Shown here piece after piece: positions 17,795 to 28,034 of a stretch of 64,000 nt of DNA (the stretch's first letter is position 1; the number at the start of each line of letters is the position of its first letter). This DNA is from an uncultured Candidatus Saccharimonadales bacterium (GTDB lineage Bacteria > Patescibacteriota > Saccharimonadia > UBA4664), in the NCBI GenBank assembly GCA_964609585.1, contig CAZSRA010000003.1, positions 35,405 to 99,404 on the forward strand. The letters are read 5' to 3'. The notes under the pieces are model-generated. The model searched no databases, was not told the DNA's origin, and worked only from the letters and a program-made list of their open reading frames with translations. Made by a program: the position numbers and the translations under genes.

Positions 17795-19162
17795 GTGAGC
17801 TCTCGGGATCCCGCATCATTTCGCGATAATTATGGCTTTGTGTTTTGGGAAGGCGGCAATCTATATCGCCAGGTGAATGCGAACGGTGGGCCGGCTTATG
17901 ATAGCCTGATGAAAAGCGGGCTTTACGAGGACCTGACTGAGCGCGGATTGTTGATTCGCCATAAAGAGGTCAATATGTCCGGCCGGGCAGATGCCCACAA
18001 ATTCCTAAAGCCGGAAATGGTGCCGCTGATTATTTATCCTTTTGAGTGGTCGTTTTCGCAGCTCAAGGATGCAGCGCTTGCGACGCTCGAGATTCAAAAA
18101 CGCAGCCTCGAGCATGACATGACACTGCGAGATGCTAGTGCTTATAACATTCAGTTTGTTGGGGGCATGCCGTGTCTGATAGACACATTGTCGTTTGAGG
18201 AATACCACACGGGCGACGCTTGGCAGGCATACCGGCAGTTTTGCCAGCATTTTTTGGCTCCACTGGCTCTTATGAGTTACCGCGATGCCGATTTATTACA
18301 GTTGCTCCGCGTACATATCGATGGCATTCCTCTGCCGCTTGCAGCCAAGTTGCTGCCACTCAAAGCTCAAATGAAAGCGGGCATTTTCGTACATCTGAAG
18401 ATACATGCAGGGCTTCAACGCCGGCATCAGAGTAATGCGGCGGCTGTGAAGCGGTCGGTGAGTCGGACTTCATTGCTCGGACTTTTGGATAATTTGGAGC
18501 GCACGATTCGCGGCCTTGAAATGCCGAAAGCGCCGACCGAATGGGGTGATTATTACGAGCACACCAATTACAGTACGGCGGCGCGCGACCGAAAGGCGGA
18601 GCTTGTGGGCCGGTTTGCTGGGCAAGCGAAACCTAGGCGCGTGCTCGATCTGGGTGCCAATAATGGCTACTTTAGCCGGGTGGTGGCAGCCTCCGCTGAG
18701 CTTGTAATTAGCAGCGACATTGATCCGGTGGCAGTAGATGACAATTACCGACGTATGAAGCGAAACCGCGAGACAACGCTTTTGCCTATGCTGGTAGATT
18801 TAACGAATCCGAGCCCGGCGCTGGGATGGGCTAATGCGGAGCGACAGCGTTTTGGTGACCGCGTCCAGGCAGACCTGGTGATGGCTCTAGCCTTAGTGCA
18901 TCATCTGGCGATCTCAAACAATGTGCCGCTAGATATGATTGCTGGGTACTTGGCTGAGCTAGGGTCGCATTTAATCATAGAATTTGTGCCCAAAACCGAC
19001 TCGCAGGTGAAGCGATTGCTCGCGACGCGCAAGGATATCTTTCCCGACTATACTACTGAGGGATTTGAGGCAGCTTTTGGCGAGCATTTTGAAATTATGG
19101 GACGAGAGCGGCTCAAGGATTCAGAGCGAATTTTGTATCTGATGCGACGCTTAGAGCGATAG
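17795..19162 (+). CDS. Class I SAM-dependent methyltransferase with an N-terminal extension
   Basis: Motif I VLDLGANNGYF and post-I acidic residue (SSDID) in the C-terminal half. Confidence 0.55.
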   Translation: MSSRDPASFRDNYGFVFWEGGNLYRQVNANGGPAYDSLMKSGLYEDLTERGLLIRHKEVNMSGRADAHKFLKPEMVPLIIYPFEWSFSQLKDAALATLEIQKRSLEHDMTLRDASAYNIQFVGGMPCLIDTLSFEEYHTGDAWQAYRQFCQHFLAPLALMSYRDADLLQLLRVHIDGIPLPLAAKLLPLKAQMKAGIFVHLKIHAGLQRRHQSNAAAVKRSVSRTSLLGLLDNLERTIRGLEMPKAPTEWGDYYEHTNYSTAARDRKAELVGRFAGQAKPRRVLDLGANNGYFSRVVAASAELVISSDIDPVAVDDNYRRMKRNRETTLLPMLVDLTNPSPALGWANAERQRFGDRVQADLVMALALVHHLAISNNVPLDMIAGYLAELGSHLIIEFVPKTDSQVKRLLATRKDIFPDYTTEGFEAAFGEHFEIMGRERLKDSERILYLMRRLER

Positions 19163-19189
19163 GCTGGCGAGGATCGCCGCCCAGTCCTT

Positions 19190-19573
19190 TTAAGCTTCCT
19201 GGAGTACGGAAAGAATGTTGCCAGCTGGGTCTTTAAACCAAGCAATGTCTGGTCCTTGGTGAGCTTTTAGGCCGCGAGCTATGCCCGAGTCATCAGTCAT
19301 GTTGTCGTAATGCTCGAAGGTTACCCCTTTGGCTTTGAGCTTGCCGACTGCGTCGTCGATGTCGTCAACGGGGAAGTTTAAGATGGTGTAGGTAGCGGGT
19401 TCGTGGTTTTCTTTCGGATAAACGAAGACGCCTGGACCGCCGGCCAACTTTAGAATAATAGCGCCCATCGAGCTGTCCTCGATTTCAAGACCAAGGGTCT
19501 CACCATAAAACTTTTTGGCCGCGGGTAGGTCGTTTACTGAAAACCCACTATAGGCTTTGCTATTTTTCAACAT
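19190..19573 (-). CDS. VOC-family (glyoxalase/bleomycin-resistance fold) protein
   Basis: Size and the betaalphabetabetabeta module pattern ([10 protein letters not shown] ... DDIDDAV..LKAKGV). Confidence 0.7.
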   Translation of the reverse strand: MLKNSKAYSGFSVNDLPAAKKFYGETLGLEIEDSSMGAIILKLAGGPGVFVYPKENHEPATYTILNFPVDDIDDAVGKLKAKGVTFEHYDNMTDDSGIARGLKAHQGPDIAWFKDPAGNILSVLQEA

Positions 19574-19669
19574 TGTCGTCCTCGCTTTCGTTTATGGCTA
19601 GTATACTCTGAAACGTTGATGATGAGCACTGGTGAATTTATTGCAGCGGTCAGGCTATGGCCTGGATGG

Positions 19670-20125
19670 TCACTCGGTGGGCTCTTCGAGATATTCGGAG
19701 TAGCTGATGTTTCTTGCAATGTCCTCAAACACGCGCCTTACGAATGGCACCATATTTGTCGGTAATTTACCGCGCGGATACCAGGAGAGGTCGTCGCATT
19801 TGTTGGGTTCCTGGTTTTGGATGTCGCCACGCCAATTGCTAGCTTCGAAGAATATGTCGACCCGTTCTTGGCCGGGTTGGTTTCGGGTAAGCCGGTGCCC
19901 GAGATGGACAAACGTTAGGTCGGTCGGATCAATGGTGATGCCGGCCTCTTCTTTGGCCTCTCGGACGATGGCGGAGGTGGCAAGCTCGTCCCCTTCCAGA
20001 TGGCCGGCAATGAGGCTGTATTTGCCGTCTTGGTAGCCAGTGTGGGCACGCCTGAGCAGGAGGACGTCATCATTGCGGCGCAAAATGAGGTAGACGGCAG
20101 GGATGAGCTTGAAGCGGTCAGTCAT
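19670..20125 (-). CDS. NUDIX hydrolase
   Basis: Nudix box GHLEGDELATSAIVREAKEEAGI. Confidence 0.8.
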   Translation of the reverse strand: MTDRFKLIPAVYLILRRNDDVLLLRRAHTGYQDGKYSLIAGHLEGDELATSAIVREAKEEAGITIDPTDLTFVHLGHRLTRNQPGQERVDIFFEASNWRGDIQNQEPNKCDDLSWYPRGKLPTNMVPFVRRVFEDIARNISYSEYLEEPTE

Positions 20126-20127
20126 AT

Positions 20128-22281
20128 CTAGCCTTCATCGACTATTCGTGCGCGATTGTATAATTTTTCGAGTAAGGGCGGCGCGTACCAAGCTTTTTTG
20201 CCCAGGAAGTGCATGAATGCGGGTACTAAAATGCCGCGGACCAAAGTGGCATCAATGAGGATGGCAAAACCAGTACCGATGCCAAATAGTTGCAAGAAGT
20301 TGATCGAGGCGACCCCAAAAGCAAAGAAACTCACGGCAAGAATGGTGGCGAGGGTCGATACAATCCGGCCGGCCCGCGCCATACCATGCGCGACGGCATC
20401 AGTGGTTTTTGCACCAGCATCGTATTGCTCTTTAATGCGACTGAGCAGGAAGACTTCATAGTCCATTGAGAGACCGAAGGCAATGCAAAAGAGCAGGATG
20501 GGCATGGTGATGTAGATGGGCAGAGGGGTGAAGCCTAGCACCGAGCTCAAATGGCCGTCTTGGAAAATCCACACCACTGCGCCAAAAGCTGCAGCTAGGG
20601 TGAGGCCGTTCGATAGCAGCGCCCGGAGGGGTTGGAGAATACTGCCGGTAAATAGGAAGAGTATCACGAATGTAGAGATAACAATCAGTGACGCGCCTAG
20701 GCCGAGGCGCGAGCCGATGGCGGCTTTTGTGTCTACAAGCTCGGCTGCATTGCCCCCAACAAACACCTGGGCGTTGGCAGGACCTGGCAGGGCTCGAATA
20801 GTTTTTATGAGCGTGCCGCCGGCGGTTGATTGGGGGTCGACATTGGTGTCGAGGTTTAGGGCGGTAATGGACGGACTTGAGGGCAAGCGAGGGATCGTTG
20901 ACACCCGTACACCGCGCACGTAAGTGCCTGTACTGGTGGCGACATCGTTGATTTGCGGAATCTTAGACAAGCTCTCCGAATACTGAGCGATATCGGCATT
21001 CGTTGGCCTACCTTGTACGACCACATTGACTTGGGAATCGCCGTTGGTCGCAAATTTGGTTCTGAGGACGTCTCCGATTTGATGGGTGGTAGTGTCTTTT
21101 GATAGCACCCGGTCGTCCGGCGTGCCGAAACTAATGTGACCTAGAGGTAGGGCGATGACGAGCAATAATATCATCACAGGCCCCGCCGTCATGAAGGGAC
21201 GACGCATCACAAACTCGGCAAGGCGCCGCCAAAAGGGAGCTTCTACACGCAGAGCAAGGTGAGCCCAGGGGAGGCGGCCTTTTTCGACCCGGTGGCCAAG
21301 CTTTAGGAGGATGGCCGGCAATACGACCAGAGCAGACACGGCCGAAATAGCGACCACGCCGACTCCCGCATAAGCAAAAGAGGTCAGGAAGTACAACGGA
21401 AATACAGCCATGGTTGCAAGGGCGGCGGATACTGCAACGGCGCTAAATAAGACGGTGCGGCCGGCAGTCTGAATGGTGCGGATAATAGCTGCCTCAACTT
21501 GTTTCCCACTGGCGAGTTCTTCTCGGTAGCGGGAGACAATGAATAAGGCGTAGTCGATAGCAAGTCCGAGTCCGAGGGCCGTAACAAGGTTCACGGAGTA
21601 GATTGAAATGTTTGTAACACTACCCAGAATATACAATTCAGCAAAGGTGCCAAAGACGGCAAGCACGGCAATGACGAGCGGCAGCAGTGCCGACATCACT
21701 GTTCCAAAGGCGAAAAGCAGCAGAATGAGCGTGAGAGGAACGGCGAGGCTTTCGGACCTCGCAAGGCTAGAGCCTACCTGATTCGTAATGTCGATGTTGG
21801 CGCGAATGCTGCCGCCAATTTGGACACTATAGCCTGAGGTATCGGTGGTATAGAGTTTTATGAGAGCTTTAGCTCTGGCAGTTTGGCCGCCCGGTTTAAT
21901 ACGCGCGGTTATGAGTCCGTAATGTTGGTCCGTGGAACGCAGGGCTGGGTTATGGGTTTGCCAGTAACTGGCAAGGCTTGCGAGGGTGGGGTCGGAGGAT
22001 AGCTTATTGGTTAAGCTTTGGCCAGTAGCGAGACCTACCGGGCTATCTACATCTGCCTGTTTGATATGAACGAGGAACACAATGTTCGTTTCGCCGCCAA
22101 AGTTTTGGCCCATGAGGTTGCGAGCGGTGGTGGACTGGGAGCTCGGCGTCTCAACGCCGCCACTTTGCAGCTTACCAAACGATTGCACGCCTAAGACGAC
22201 GGATATGATAAATAGTACGGTCGTGGCATAGAGTATGACCGTGGGGCGCTTGGTAACGAATCGGGCTAAGGCTGTGAACAT
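20128..22281 (-). CDS. MMPL-family (RND-superfamily) membrane transporter
   Basis: ~717 aa with two 6-TM bundles and two extracytoplasmic loops. MmpL-type conserved blocks (AIDYALFIVSRYREE; MDYEVFLLSRIKE). Confidence 0.85.
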   Translation of the reverse strand: MFTALARFVTKRPTVILYATTVLFIISVVLGVQSFGKLQSGGVETPSSQSTTARNLMGQNFGGETNIVFLVHIKQADVDSPVGLATGQSLTNKLSSDPTLASLASYWQTHNPALRSTDQHYGLITARIKPGGQTARAKALIKLYTTDTSGYSVQIGGSIRANIDITNQVGSSLARSESLAVPLTLILLLFAFGTVMSALLPLVIAVLAVFGTFAELYILGSVTNISIYSVNLVTALGLGLAIDYALFIVSRYREELASGKQVEAAIIRTIQTAGRTVLFSAVAVSAALATMAVFPLYFLTSFAYAGVGVVAISAVSALVVLPAILLKLGHRVEKGRLPWAHLALRVEAPFWRRLAEFVMRRPFMTAGPVMILLLVIALPLGHISFGTPDDRVLSKDTTTHQIGDVLRTKFATNGDSQVNVVVQGRPTNADIAQYSESLSKIPQINDVATSTGTYVRGVRVSTIPRLPSSPSITALNLDTNVDPQSTAGGTLIKTIRALPGPANAQVFVGGNAAELVDTKAAIGSRLGLGASLIVISTFVILFLFTGSILQPLRALLSNGLTLAAAFGAVVWIFQDGHLSSVLGFTPLPIYITMPILLFCIAFGLSMDYEVFLLSRIKEQYDAGAKTTDAVAHGMARAGRIVSTLATILAVSFFAFGVASINFLQLFGIGTGFAILIDATLVRGILVPAFMHFLGKKAWYAPPLLEKLYNRARIVDEG

Positions 22282-22340
22282 CCGACTCCCTTGGGTTTAG
22301 TACTTATAACTTTATCGCAAAGCTCAAACCTAAGCCATTT

Positions 22341-22730
22341 TTATTTGGCATCAGGGCCTCTTTCGGCAATCATACTGATTTCGATTCTGGCCCCAAGCGG
22401 AAGCTCTTTTACGCCCACACATTCACGAGCAGGGTAGGGCGGGGCGAAGAAGTCGCTATAGACTTGATTTACTGCGGGGTAATCCGCCACGTCCGTGAGG
22501 TACATGGTGGTTTTTACGACATTGCTAAAACTGGCCAAACCAGCGGCCAGGATGGCTTCCAGATTTTTCATGACTTGATTCGTCTCTGCTTCTAACGACT
22601 CCTGTATGAGCACGCCCTGGGCGGTAAGAGCGATTTGGCCCGAAGTGTAGATAAATCCGCTCGTGATTTGGCCCTGAGAATAGGGACCGACAGCCCCTGG
22701 TGCATCTGAGGTTTCGATAGTTCGCTTCAT
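22341..22730 (-). CDS. ridA: RidA/YjgF-family reactive-intermediate deaminase
   Basis: SDAPGAVGPYSQG ... conserved RidA C-terminal block ARECVGVKELPLGARIEI. Confidence 0.85.
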   Translation of the reverse strand: MKRTIETSDAPGAVGPYSQGQITSGFIYTSGQIALTAQGVLIQESLEAETNQVMKNLEAILAAGLASFSNVVKTTMYLTDVADYPAVNQVYSDFFAPPYPARECVGVKELPLGARIEISMIAERGPDAK

Positions 22731-23632
22731 GAGGCAAGGTCGATAGTAGTGGAAAAAACATGGGCAGCGGTTGCCGTCACCGAAATGAGATCAAGCTTTA
22801 TATCGTGGTTCACCTCTACAAAGCTCGGCCGGTTTAGGAAATGGCCTTGCTCGGTGGTGATTAATGTCTTGGTCGGGCTTAGGACGCCATTTTTCTTGGC
22901 GGCCTGCACGAGTCCAGCTTGGATTGAGCCGGTGCAAGGGTCCTCCGCGATACCAAGGAGTGGGCAGGTAACCCGCACATGTAGATCGGCGCTGGGATTC
23001 AAGGTTTCGGCCGAATATAGGCTAAAGGCTACGATTTTGTCGGTTTTAAAATTCTTTGCCAGCTTTGCGCTATCAAATGCCAGGCCGCCAAGCTGGGACA
23101 GCGAACTTATGGGAATATATAGATAGTTCAATACGCTATCAATGAGAATAAGCGAGTCGAGGCGTAAGGAATTTGCGGGTAGGCCGAATGAGCGCGCAAA
23201 TGCTTCGCCTTGCAGGTGATAGCGTTGCATTTTGACAGCCGGAGCTAGGAACTGCACTTTTATGCGGTTGTTCTGGCCAGGTAGAACCGACATGTTCAAG
23301 ATGCCGGCACCGTTTTCAACTCTGATACTGCGGGTGCCTGGCCCATCGAGACCGTAGGTATTTGAGCGAACTAACTCGTAGATAGCCGCAATGGTGGCGT
23401 GACCGCAAAAATCAAGCTCGACGCCGCCGCAGGTAATGTAACGAAGTTTGACATCGGCGGCGTCTGAGGTGGGCCTTAAAACGAAAGCAGTTTCGGAGAG
23501 ATTCATTTCGCGGGCGATCTTGCCCATGTCTTCATCGGTGAGGCCGTCGGCGTTCGTGACCACACCAGCAGGGTTACCGCCAAAGATTTTGTCGGTAAAG
23601 GCATCGATTTGATGGAGGTTGATGGTTTTCAT
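22727..23632 (-). CDS. PhzF-family isomerase
   Basis: IDAFTDKIFGGNPAGVV ... LSETAFV motifs. Overlaps ridA by 4 nt. Confidence 0.85.
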   Translation of the reverse strand: MKTINLHQIDAFTDKIFGGNPAGVVTNADGLTDEDMGKIAREMNLSETAFVLRPTSDAADVKLRYITCGGVELDFCGHATIAAIYELVRSNTYGLDGPGTRSIRVENGAGILNMSVLPGQNNRIKVQFLAPAVKMQRYHLQGEAFARSFGLPANSLRLDSLILIDSVLNYLYIPISSLSQLGGLAFDSAKLAKNFKTDKIVAFSLYSAETLNPSADLHVRVTCPLLGIAEDPCTGSIQAGLVQAAKKNGVLSPTKTLITTEQGHFLNRPSFVEVNHDIKLDLISVTATAAHVFSTTIDLAS

Positions 23633-23647
23633 GGGTGCTTCTCTCCC

Positions 23648-24280
23648 CTATTTGGCATCTTTTAGGTAGTTGTAAACGGTGGTGCGCGAAACTTTGAGTG
23701 CCCGGGCGATGTCTGCGGCTGCGTCGCGGTAATTAAAGTAGCCATGATCATAGAGCTGGCCGACTAGTTCTGATTTTTCAGCTTTGGCGAGGGCGCTGGG
23801 TGCAAGATTATTTTTGGCGGCGTATTCGGCAATGAAGGCCGCAACTTGCTGGCGCCAATTTTCAGTAAACTGCTCGACTGGATTGAGGGTGCTGCCGGTT
23901 TTTGGGTTGAGGAACGCGCCGAGCTGATGGCTCATGTCTTCGAAGGCTGTAGTGTCAAAATTGATGCAGACCAGGCCGACCGGGATGCCAGACTGATCGC
24001 GGACGGTTACGGACGTGCATTTTAGCTTTTTGCCGTCCCAGTTGGTTTTATAGTAGGGCTCGAAGATGTCGGGGAAATTTTGAATGTCGAGGCCAAGCTC
24101 GGTAACCACACTGGGATCGCCGATATTTCGACGGGAGATATTGTTGTAGAGAGCAACGATTTTGCCGGTTTTTAGGTCGTGCAGCGCGCCCTCAGCGTAG
24201 GGATGCAAGAGTTTAATGGTGGCTTCAAGCATAGGGGCAAGAGCGGCCAAATTTCGATCCAGGACAGGGCTTGTCTTCAT
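23648..24280 (-). CDS. YheO-family regulator (YheO-like PAS domain plus C-terminal HTH)
   Basis: Collinear with E. coli YheO: the LLHPYAEGALHDL, VGLVCINFDTT and C-terminal RTTVYNYLK HTH blocks. Confidence 0.75.
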   Translation of the reverse strand: MKTSPVLDRNLAALAPMLEATIKLLHPYAEGALHDLKTGKIVALYNNISRRNIGDPSVVTELGLDIQNFPDIFEPYYKTNWDGKKLKCTSVTVRDQSGIPVGLVCINFDTTAFEDMSHQLGAFLNPKTGSTLNPVEQFTENWRQQVAAFIAEYAAKNNLAPSALAKAEKSELVGQLYDHGYFNYRDAAADIARALKVSRTTVYNYLKDAK

Positions 24281-24379
24281 ATTTTATATATTAGTACAAA
24301 TTGTACAAAAAATAAAACCTCTCCTCTACGTTTACTCGGAAACGCAGGGGAGGGGTGCCGATACGGGCGCCCCTGGTGT

Positions 24380-24865
24380 TCACGGCACAATCTCGATCCG
24401 GGGTGGTGGAGCTGAGAGATCTCCGTGATTGGACGCGATCTCCAGCAATGGCGCGCTGACGCCCAGCATGTCGGAAAGACCACACGGGCCGAGGGTAGTT
24501 GACCAGAACAGCATCCGAGGTTCGCCGCTGCCGACAATGCCCTCGAAGATGGAGGGTGGGACCTGTCGGTCCGTAGCCGCATACAAATGCGGCAGAGCCA
24601 GGGGGGAAAGCCTGAGGATGGGTTGGGTCGGGTCCGGCCACGGCGCTACCTGGAATCGCACCAGGAGCTCGCGTCTGGGCTCGTCACCCAACACCTGACG
24701 CTCAACCGTCTGACGAGCCGGGTCGCCAATTGAGGTGACCACGAAATCAGCTGCGATGAACAGGCGGACGCAGAGTCTGCCCTTGTCATCCACCCAGACC
24801 GAGAATGGCCTGCGCTCACGGCCGGGAGGGGTGATGAATCCGATCCAAGGCGCGATAAACGACAT
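24380..24865 (-). CDS. Hypothetical ORF inside a second short high-GC (~65%) insert
   Basis: 161-aa ORF with GC3 bias inside a ~640-bp high-GC block. No family recognised. Could be a gene fragment. Confidence 0.25.
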   Translation of the reverse strand: MSFIAPWIGFITPPGRERRPFSVWVDDKGRLCVRLFIAADFVVTSIGDPARQTVERQVLGDEPRRELLVRFQVAPWPDPTQPILRLSPLALPHLYAATDRQVPPSIFEGIVGSGEPRMLFWSTTLGPCGLSDMLGVSAPLLEIASNHGDLSAPPPRIEIVP

Positions 24866-24994
24866 AGAGACTCCCAGGGGGGTCGTATCGGCTGCCGCAC
24901 GGATTCGTGCAGCTAGGCGACTGTAGAGCTGTTGAGTTATTTTGTCAACGTAGCGTCTGCCGCCTGTACGGATTTTTCGAGGTATGATGGAGCT

Positions 24995-25534
24995 ATGATT
25001 TCATATGATGCGCTCAGGCAGCAATATCGCCCTGACCATATTAAAATGCTTCTCATCGCTGAGTCGCCGCCCCCGGCGGCAGATGTGGCAAGTAGTCGGC
25101 AGTTTTACCGCAGCGACGTTGTTCGCCGGGACGACCGACTGTTTACGAATACGATTCGTGCGCTGTTTCCGGAGACGATAGACATGCCGGAATCCGAACT
25201 AGAGGAGCATAAGGAGGCGTGGCTGCGTCGATTCCAGGCTGCGGGTTGGTACATGATTGAAGCGCTTGAAATCTCGCAGCCGCACGAGGTTACCAAACCT
25301 CAACGCCAGGAGCGAATTCGCGAGAGTTTACCTCGGCTGATCGAGCGCGTGCGAGGGCTTGCCTCACCGGATACAAAGCTTATTTTGATTAAATCTAACG
25401 TTTTTGAGGTGGCAGCCAGGCCTTTGCGCGAGGCGGGTTTTCAGGTACTCAATACTGAATTGGTTGATTATCCGGGGCGATTTAATCAGCGCGACTACCG
25501 GGAGAAGCTGGAGCGGCTCGCACAGCTGGAATAA
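24995..25534 (+). CDS. Hypothetical protein
   Basis: ORF with a GGAG RBS 7 nt upstream of the MISYDAL start. Followed by a strong bidirectional terminator. No family recognised. Confidence 0.4.
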   Translation: MISYDALRQQYRPDHIKMLLIAESPPPAADVASSRQFYRSDVVRRDDRLFTNTIRALFPETIDMPESELEEHKEAWLRRFQAAGWYMIEALEISQPHEVTKPQRQERIRESLPRLIERVRGLASPDTKLILIKSNVFEVAARPLREAGFQVLNTELVDYPGRFNQRDYREKLERLAQLE

Positions 25535-25565
25535 AAATATCCCGCACAGTCGCGGGATATTTTAT
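25535..25565. terminator. Bidirectional intrinsic terminator hairpin between convergent genes
   Basis: AAATATCCCGC-ACAGTC-GCGGGATATTT (11-bp stem) flanked by A/T runs on both sides. Confidence 0.5.
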
Positions 25566-25578
25566 GCGCGTGGAACTA

Positions 25579-25965
25579 CTACGCTTGTGGCAAGTCGAGC
25601 TCAGGTATTGCCTGTTCTTCGAGGACAACTATTTCACACTCCCCCTTTACATTCGCCAGTGCCTCGTCTAATCCGTCCGTCCAGTGAAGATGGTGATGGT
25701 CTTTTACCATTTCTAACGCCTCATCCATGCTGCCGGCCTGCAAGATGGTCATGCCAATAATCTTGCTGTCACTTTTTGTAATGCCGTCCTTTGTAACTCT
25801 CATAGCATTACCAAGTGGCTTGCCTGGATCAATGAGTGCTGGTCCAATCTTTTTGAACCATTCTTCCCAGAGCTTCATGCCTTTCATGGCTTCAGCTGGG
25901 GTTGCATGAGCAAACCTTTCGGCGACTTCCAGTGGTGCTTTATATAGAACAATGTATCTTGTCAT
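25579..25965 (-). CDS. Hypothetical small protein (possibly YciI/Dabb-like fold)
   Basis: ~128-aa ORF with start at MTRYIVLYKAP. Weak resemblance only. Confidence 0.3.
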   Translation of the reverse strand: MTRYIVLYKAPLEVAERFAHATPAEAMKGMKLWEEWFKKIGPALIDPGKPLGNAMRVTKDGITKSDSKIIGMTILQAGSMDEALEMVKDHHHLHWTDGLDEALANVKGECEIVVLEEQAIPELDLPQA

Positions 25966-26016
25966 TTTGATTCCTTTTAGCATTACTTCGCTACCCTGAT
26001 CTCGAATTTTACTAGC

Positions 26017-26484
26017 TCAACCTCCTTTGGTAACTACCTCGAGCCCTGACTCGATGACCGGCCCAATGTCTTTGAGTGCATTAGCTACACCGATTACCTG
26101 TTCCGGCCTTAGCTTGGCCATAATGTGGCTGGACCATTCTAGCTGTCGTCGGTAAATGGCCGAGAGCGCCTCTGCACCCTTTGGAGTGAGCTCCAGGAGC
26201 TGAGCTCTTCGATCGGCTGGGTTATTTTTGTAGGTAATGAGCTGTACTTGAACAAGCACATCGGCTACTCGTTGGACGCTCTGGCGAGCGTGCCCAATGT
26301 CTTTAGCTAGGCTGGCCACGGTTTGCGACTGGTAGCCCAAACGACCGAGGACCTGCCATTTGGCACTGCTTAGACCCAGTGGCTGGGTTATGTCTTCACC
26401 GGCGCGCATGAGCAAGCTGTTGATTTGGAAAATGCTGAGTGCGAAAGTGCTCCAGATGTCATCCGGCTTTCCAATTGATTTCAT
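26017..26484 (-). CDS. MarR-family transcriptional regulator
   Basis: MarR wHTH block (SSAKWQVLGRLGY..QTVASLAKDIGHARQSVQRVADVLVQVQLI). Confidence 0.8.
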   Translation of the reverse strand: MKSIGKPDDIWSTFALSIFQINSLLMRAGEDITQPLGLSSAKWQVLGRLGYQSQTVASLAKDIGHARQSVQRVADVLVQVQLITYKNNPADRRAQLLELTPKGAEALSAIYRRQLEWSSHIMAKLRPEQVIGVANALKDIGPVIESGLEVVTKGG

Positions 26485-26588
26485 GATTATATAATAGAGT
26501 ATTGACAGTATACTGTCAATACTCTATTATCGTTTTTTTGTAAGGTATTTTTTGAGCTATTTAAGTATCTTGGGTCTACTGGGACGAG

Positions 26589-27566
26589 CTAATTTTTTAC
26601 CTCTATTACCACCTTGCCGCGAGGATGACCGGTCTTTTGGTAGTCGAGGGCTTTCCCGATTTCACTCATCGGAAAGGTTTTCGCCACCTGGACTTTCACG
26701 ACTCCTTGATCGATGAGGTTGCCAAGACTGGTGAACGCTTTGGGCGTTGCGCTCTCGCTTTGTTCTACGAACTCAACCTGGTACTTCTGGACAAGCTCAG
26801 GGTGGCGCTGCCAGAGCATCGTGGTAATTTTGCCGCCAGGCTTTAAGACTTGGAATGATTTGGCAAAGGTCTCGTCGCCAATCGTATCGAAGACGGCATC
26901 GTAGTCGTGAAGCAAGGTGCTGAAGTCTTGTTTTTGGTAGTTGATGACGACATCGGCACCAAGGCTTTTGGCATATTCTTCGTCTTTTTTGCTCACAGTG
27001 GTGGCAACTTGCGCGCCGAGATGCTTGGCTATTTGGAGCGCAAAAGTGCCAATGCCACCAGCACCGCCATGAATAAGAATGCGCTGACCAGCCTGAATTT
27101 GTAGCACTTCAGCGAGTACGTGCCAGGCCCGAAGACCGGCCATTGGCACAGCTGCGGCCTCCTCGAAGTTAAGGCCGGCCGGCTTTTTCCAGACAAAGCT
27201 GGCCTTGGCTGTCGCAAGATCTGCGAGCGATCCAGAACCATTACGATTAAACCCGGCCATACCATAGACCTCATCGCCTACCTTGAGATGCTCGACGCCG
27301 GTGCCAAGTTTTTTGACAATGCCGGCAAAGTCGCTGCCGGGGGTAAACGGGAACGGCAATTGCATAAACCGGCTGAGTTCGCCTTCGACCATCTTCCAAT
27401 CAATGGGGTTGAGAGCAGCGGCCTTGATGCCTACGAGGACGAAGCCTGGGTTTACAGCCGGTTCAACAGCATGTGGGTTTATTTGGATATCTTTTGATGG
27501 GATGTAGTCAGTTATTTGGGCGGCTTTCATGCGGCTTATCCTTGTGCTATTATTGGTTTGATTCAT
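26589..27566 (-). CDS. Zinc-binding alcohol dehydrogenase/NADPH:quinone oxidoreductase-family protein
   Basis: MDR-superfamily motifs: GxGxxG-like HGGAGGIGTFALQIAK and GroES-like N-domain. Confidence 0.85.
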   Translation of the reverse strand: MNQTNNSTRISRMKAAQITDYIPSKDIQINPHAVEPAVNPGFVLVGIKAAALNPIDWKMVEGELSRFMQLPFPFTPGSDFAGIVKKLGTGVEHLKVGDEVYGMAGFNRNGSGSLADLATAKASFVWKKPAGLNFEEAAAVPMAGLRAWHVLAEVLQIQAGQRILIHGGAGGIGTFALQIAKHLGAQVATTVSKKDEEYAKSLGADVVINYQKQDFSTLLHDYDAVFDTIGDETFAKSFQVLKPGGKITTMLWQRHPELVQKYQVEFVEQSESATPKAFTSLGNLIDQGVVKVQVAKTFPMSEIGKALDYQKTGHPRGKVVIEVKN

Positions 27567-27608
27567 GAAGTATCTTTATGTATCTAACAATATATATTTA
27601 GGAATACC

Positions 27609-28034
27609 GTGTCAAGAACAGAAAAAGTGGCAGCTATACAGGATGATCTGCAAGCATTTAGCACGTATGTTTATTTGTTTCAGGAACAAATTGCCGAAAA
27701 AATGAAGCTTCACCCGACCGATTTTCATAGCGTTCATTTGCTAGACAAGTACGGGGCTTTAACAGCGGGCCAGCTGGCTGCCCAGCTTGGTCTGACGAGT
27801 GGTGCGACGACTGCGGTTATTGATAGACTAGCCGGGCTTGGATTTGCGCAGAGGACCACGAGCGACTCTGACCGCCGGAGCACGGTAGTGCAACTGCGAC
27901 CCGCGGGACGCCAGAAGATCAAACGCGAGTATAGATCTGTCGAGAAGAAAATTTACGATGGGCTAGACAAATTCTCGGCTGCTGAGCTCGAAACTATTGC
28001 TCGTTTTTTGAAAGCAATGACGGAGCTGGGCTAA
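27609..28034 (+). CDS. MarR-family transcriptional regulator
   Basis: MarR wHTH (LTAGQLAAQLGLTSGATTAVIDRLAGLGFAQR). Confidence 0.8.
   Translation: MSRTEKVAAIQDDLQAFSTYVYLFQEQIAEKMKLHPTDFHSVHLLDKYGALTAGQLAAQLGLTSGATTAVIDRLAGLGFAQRTTSDSDRRSTVVQLRPAGRQKIKREYRSVEKKIYDGLDKFSAAELETIARFLKAMTELG

Noticed and set aside
25965-25983. N-terminal extension MLKGIK of ORF 25579-25983
   Set aside because: The internal start at MTRYIVLY gives better spacing from the terminator and neighbouring gene. Either start is possible and this does not change the interpretation.
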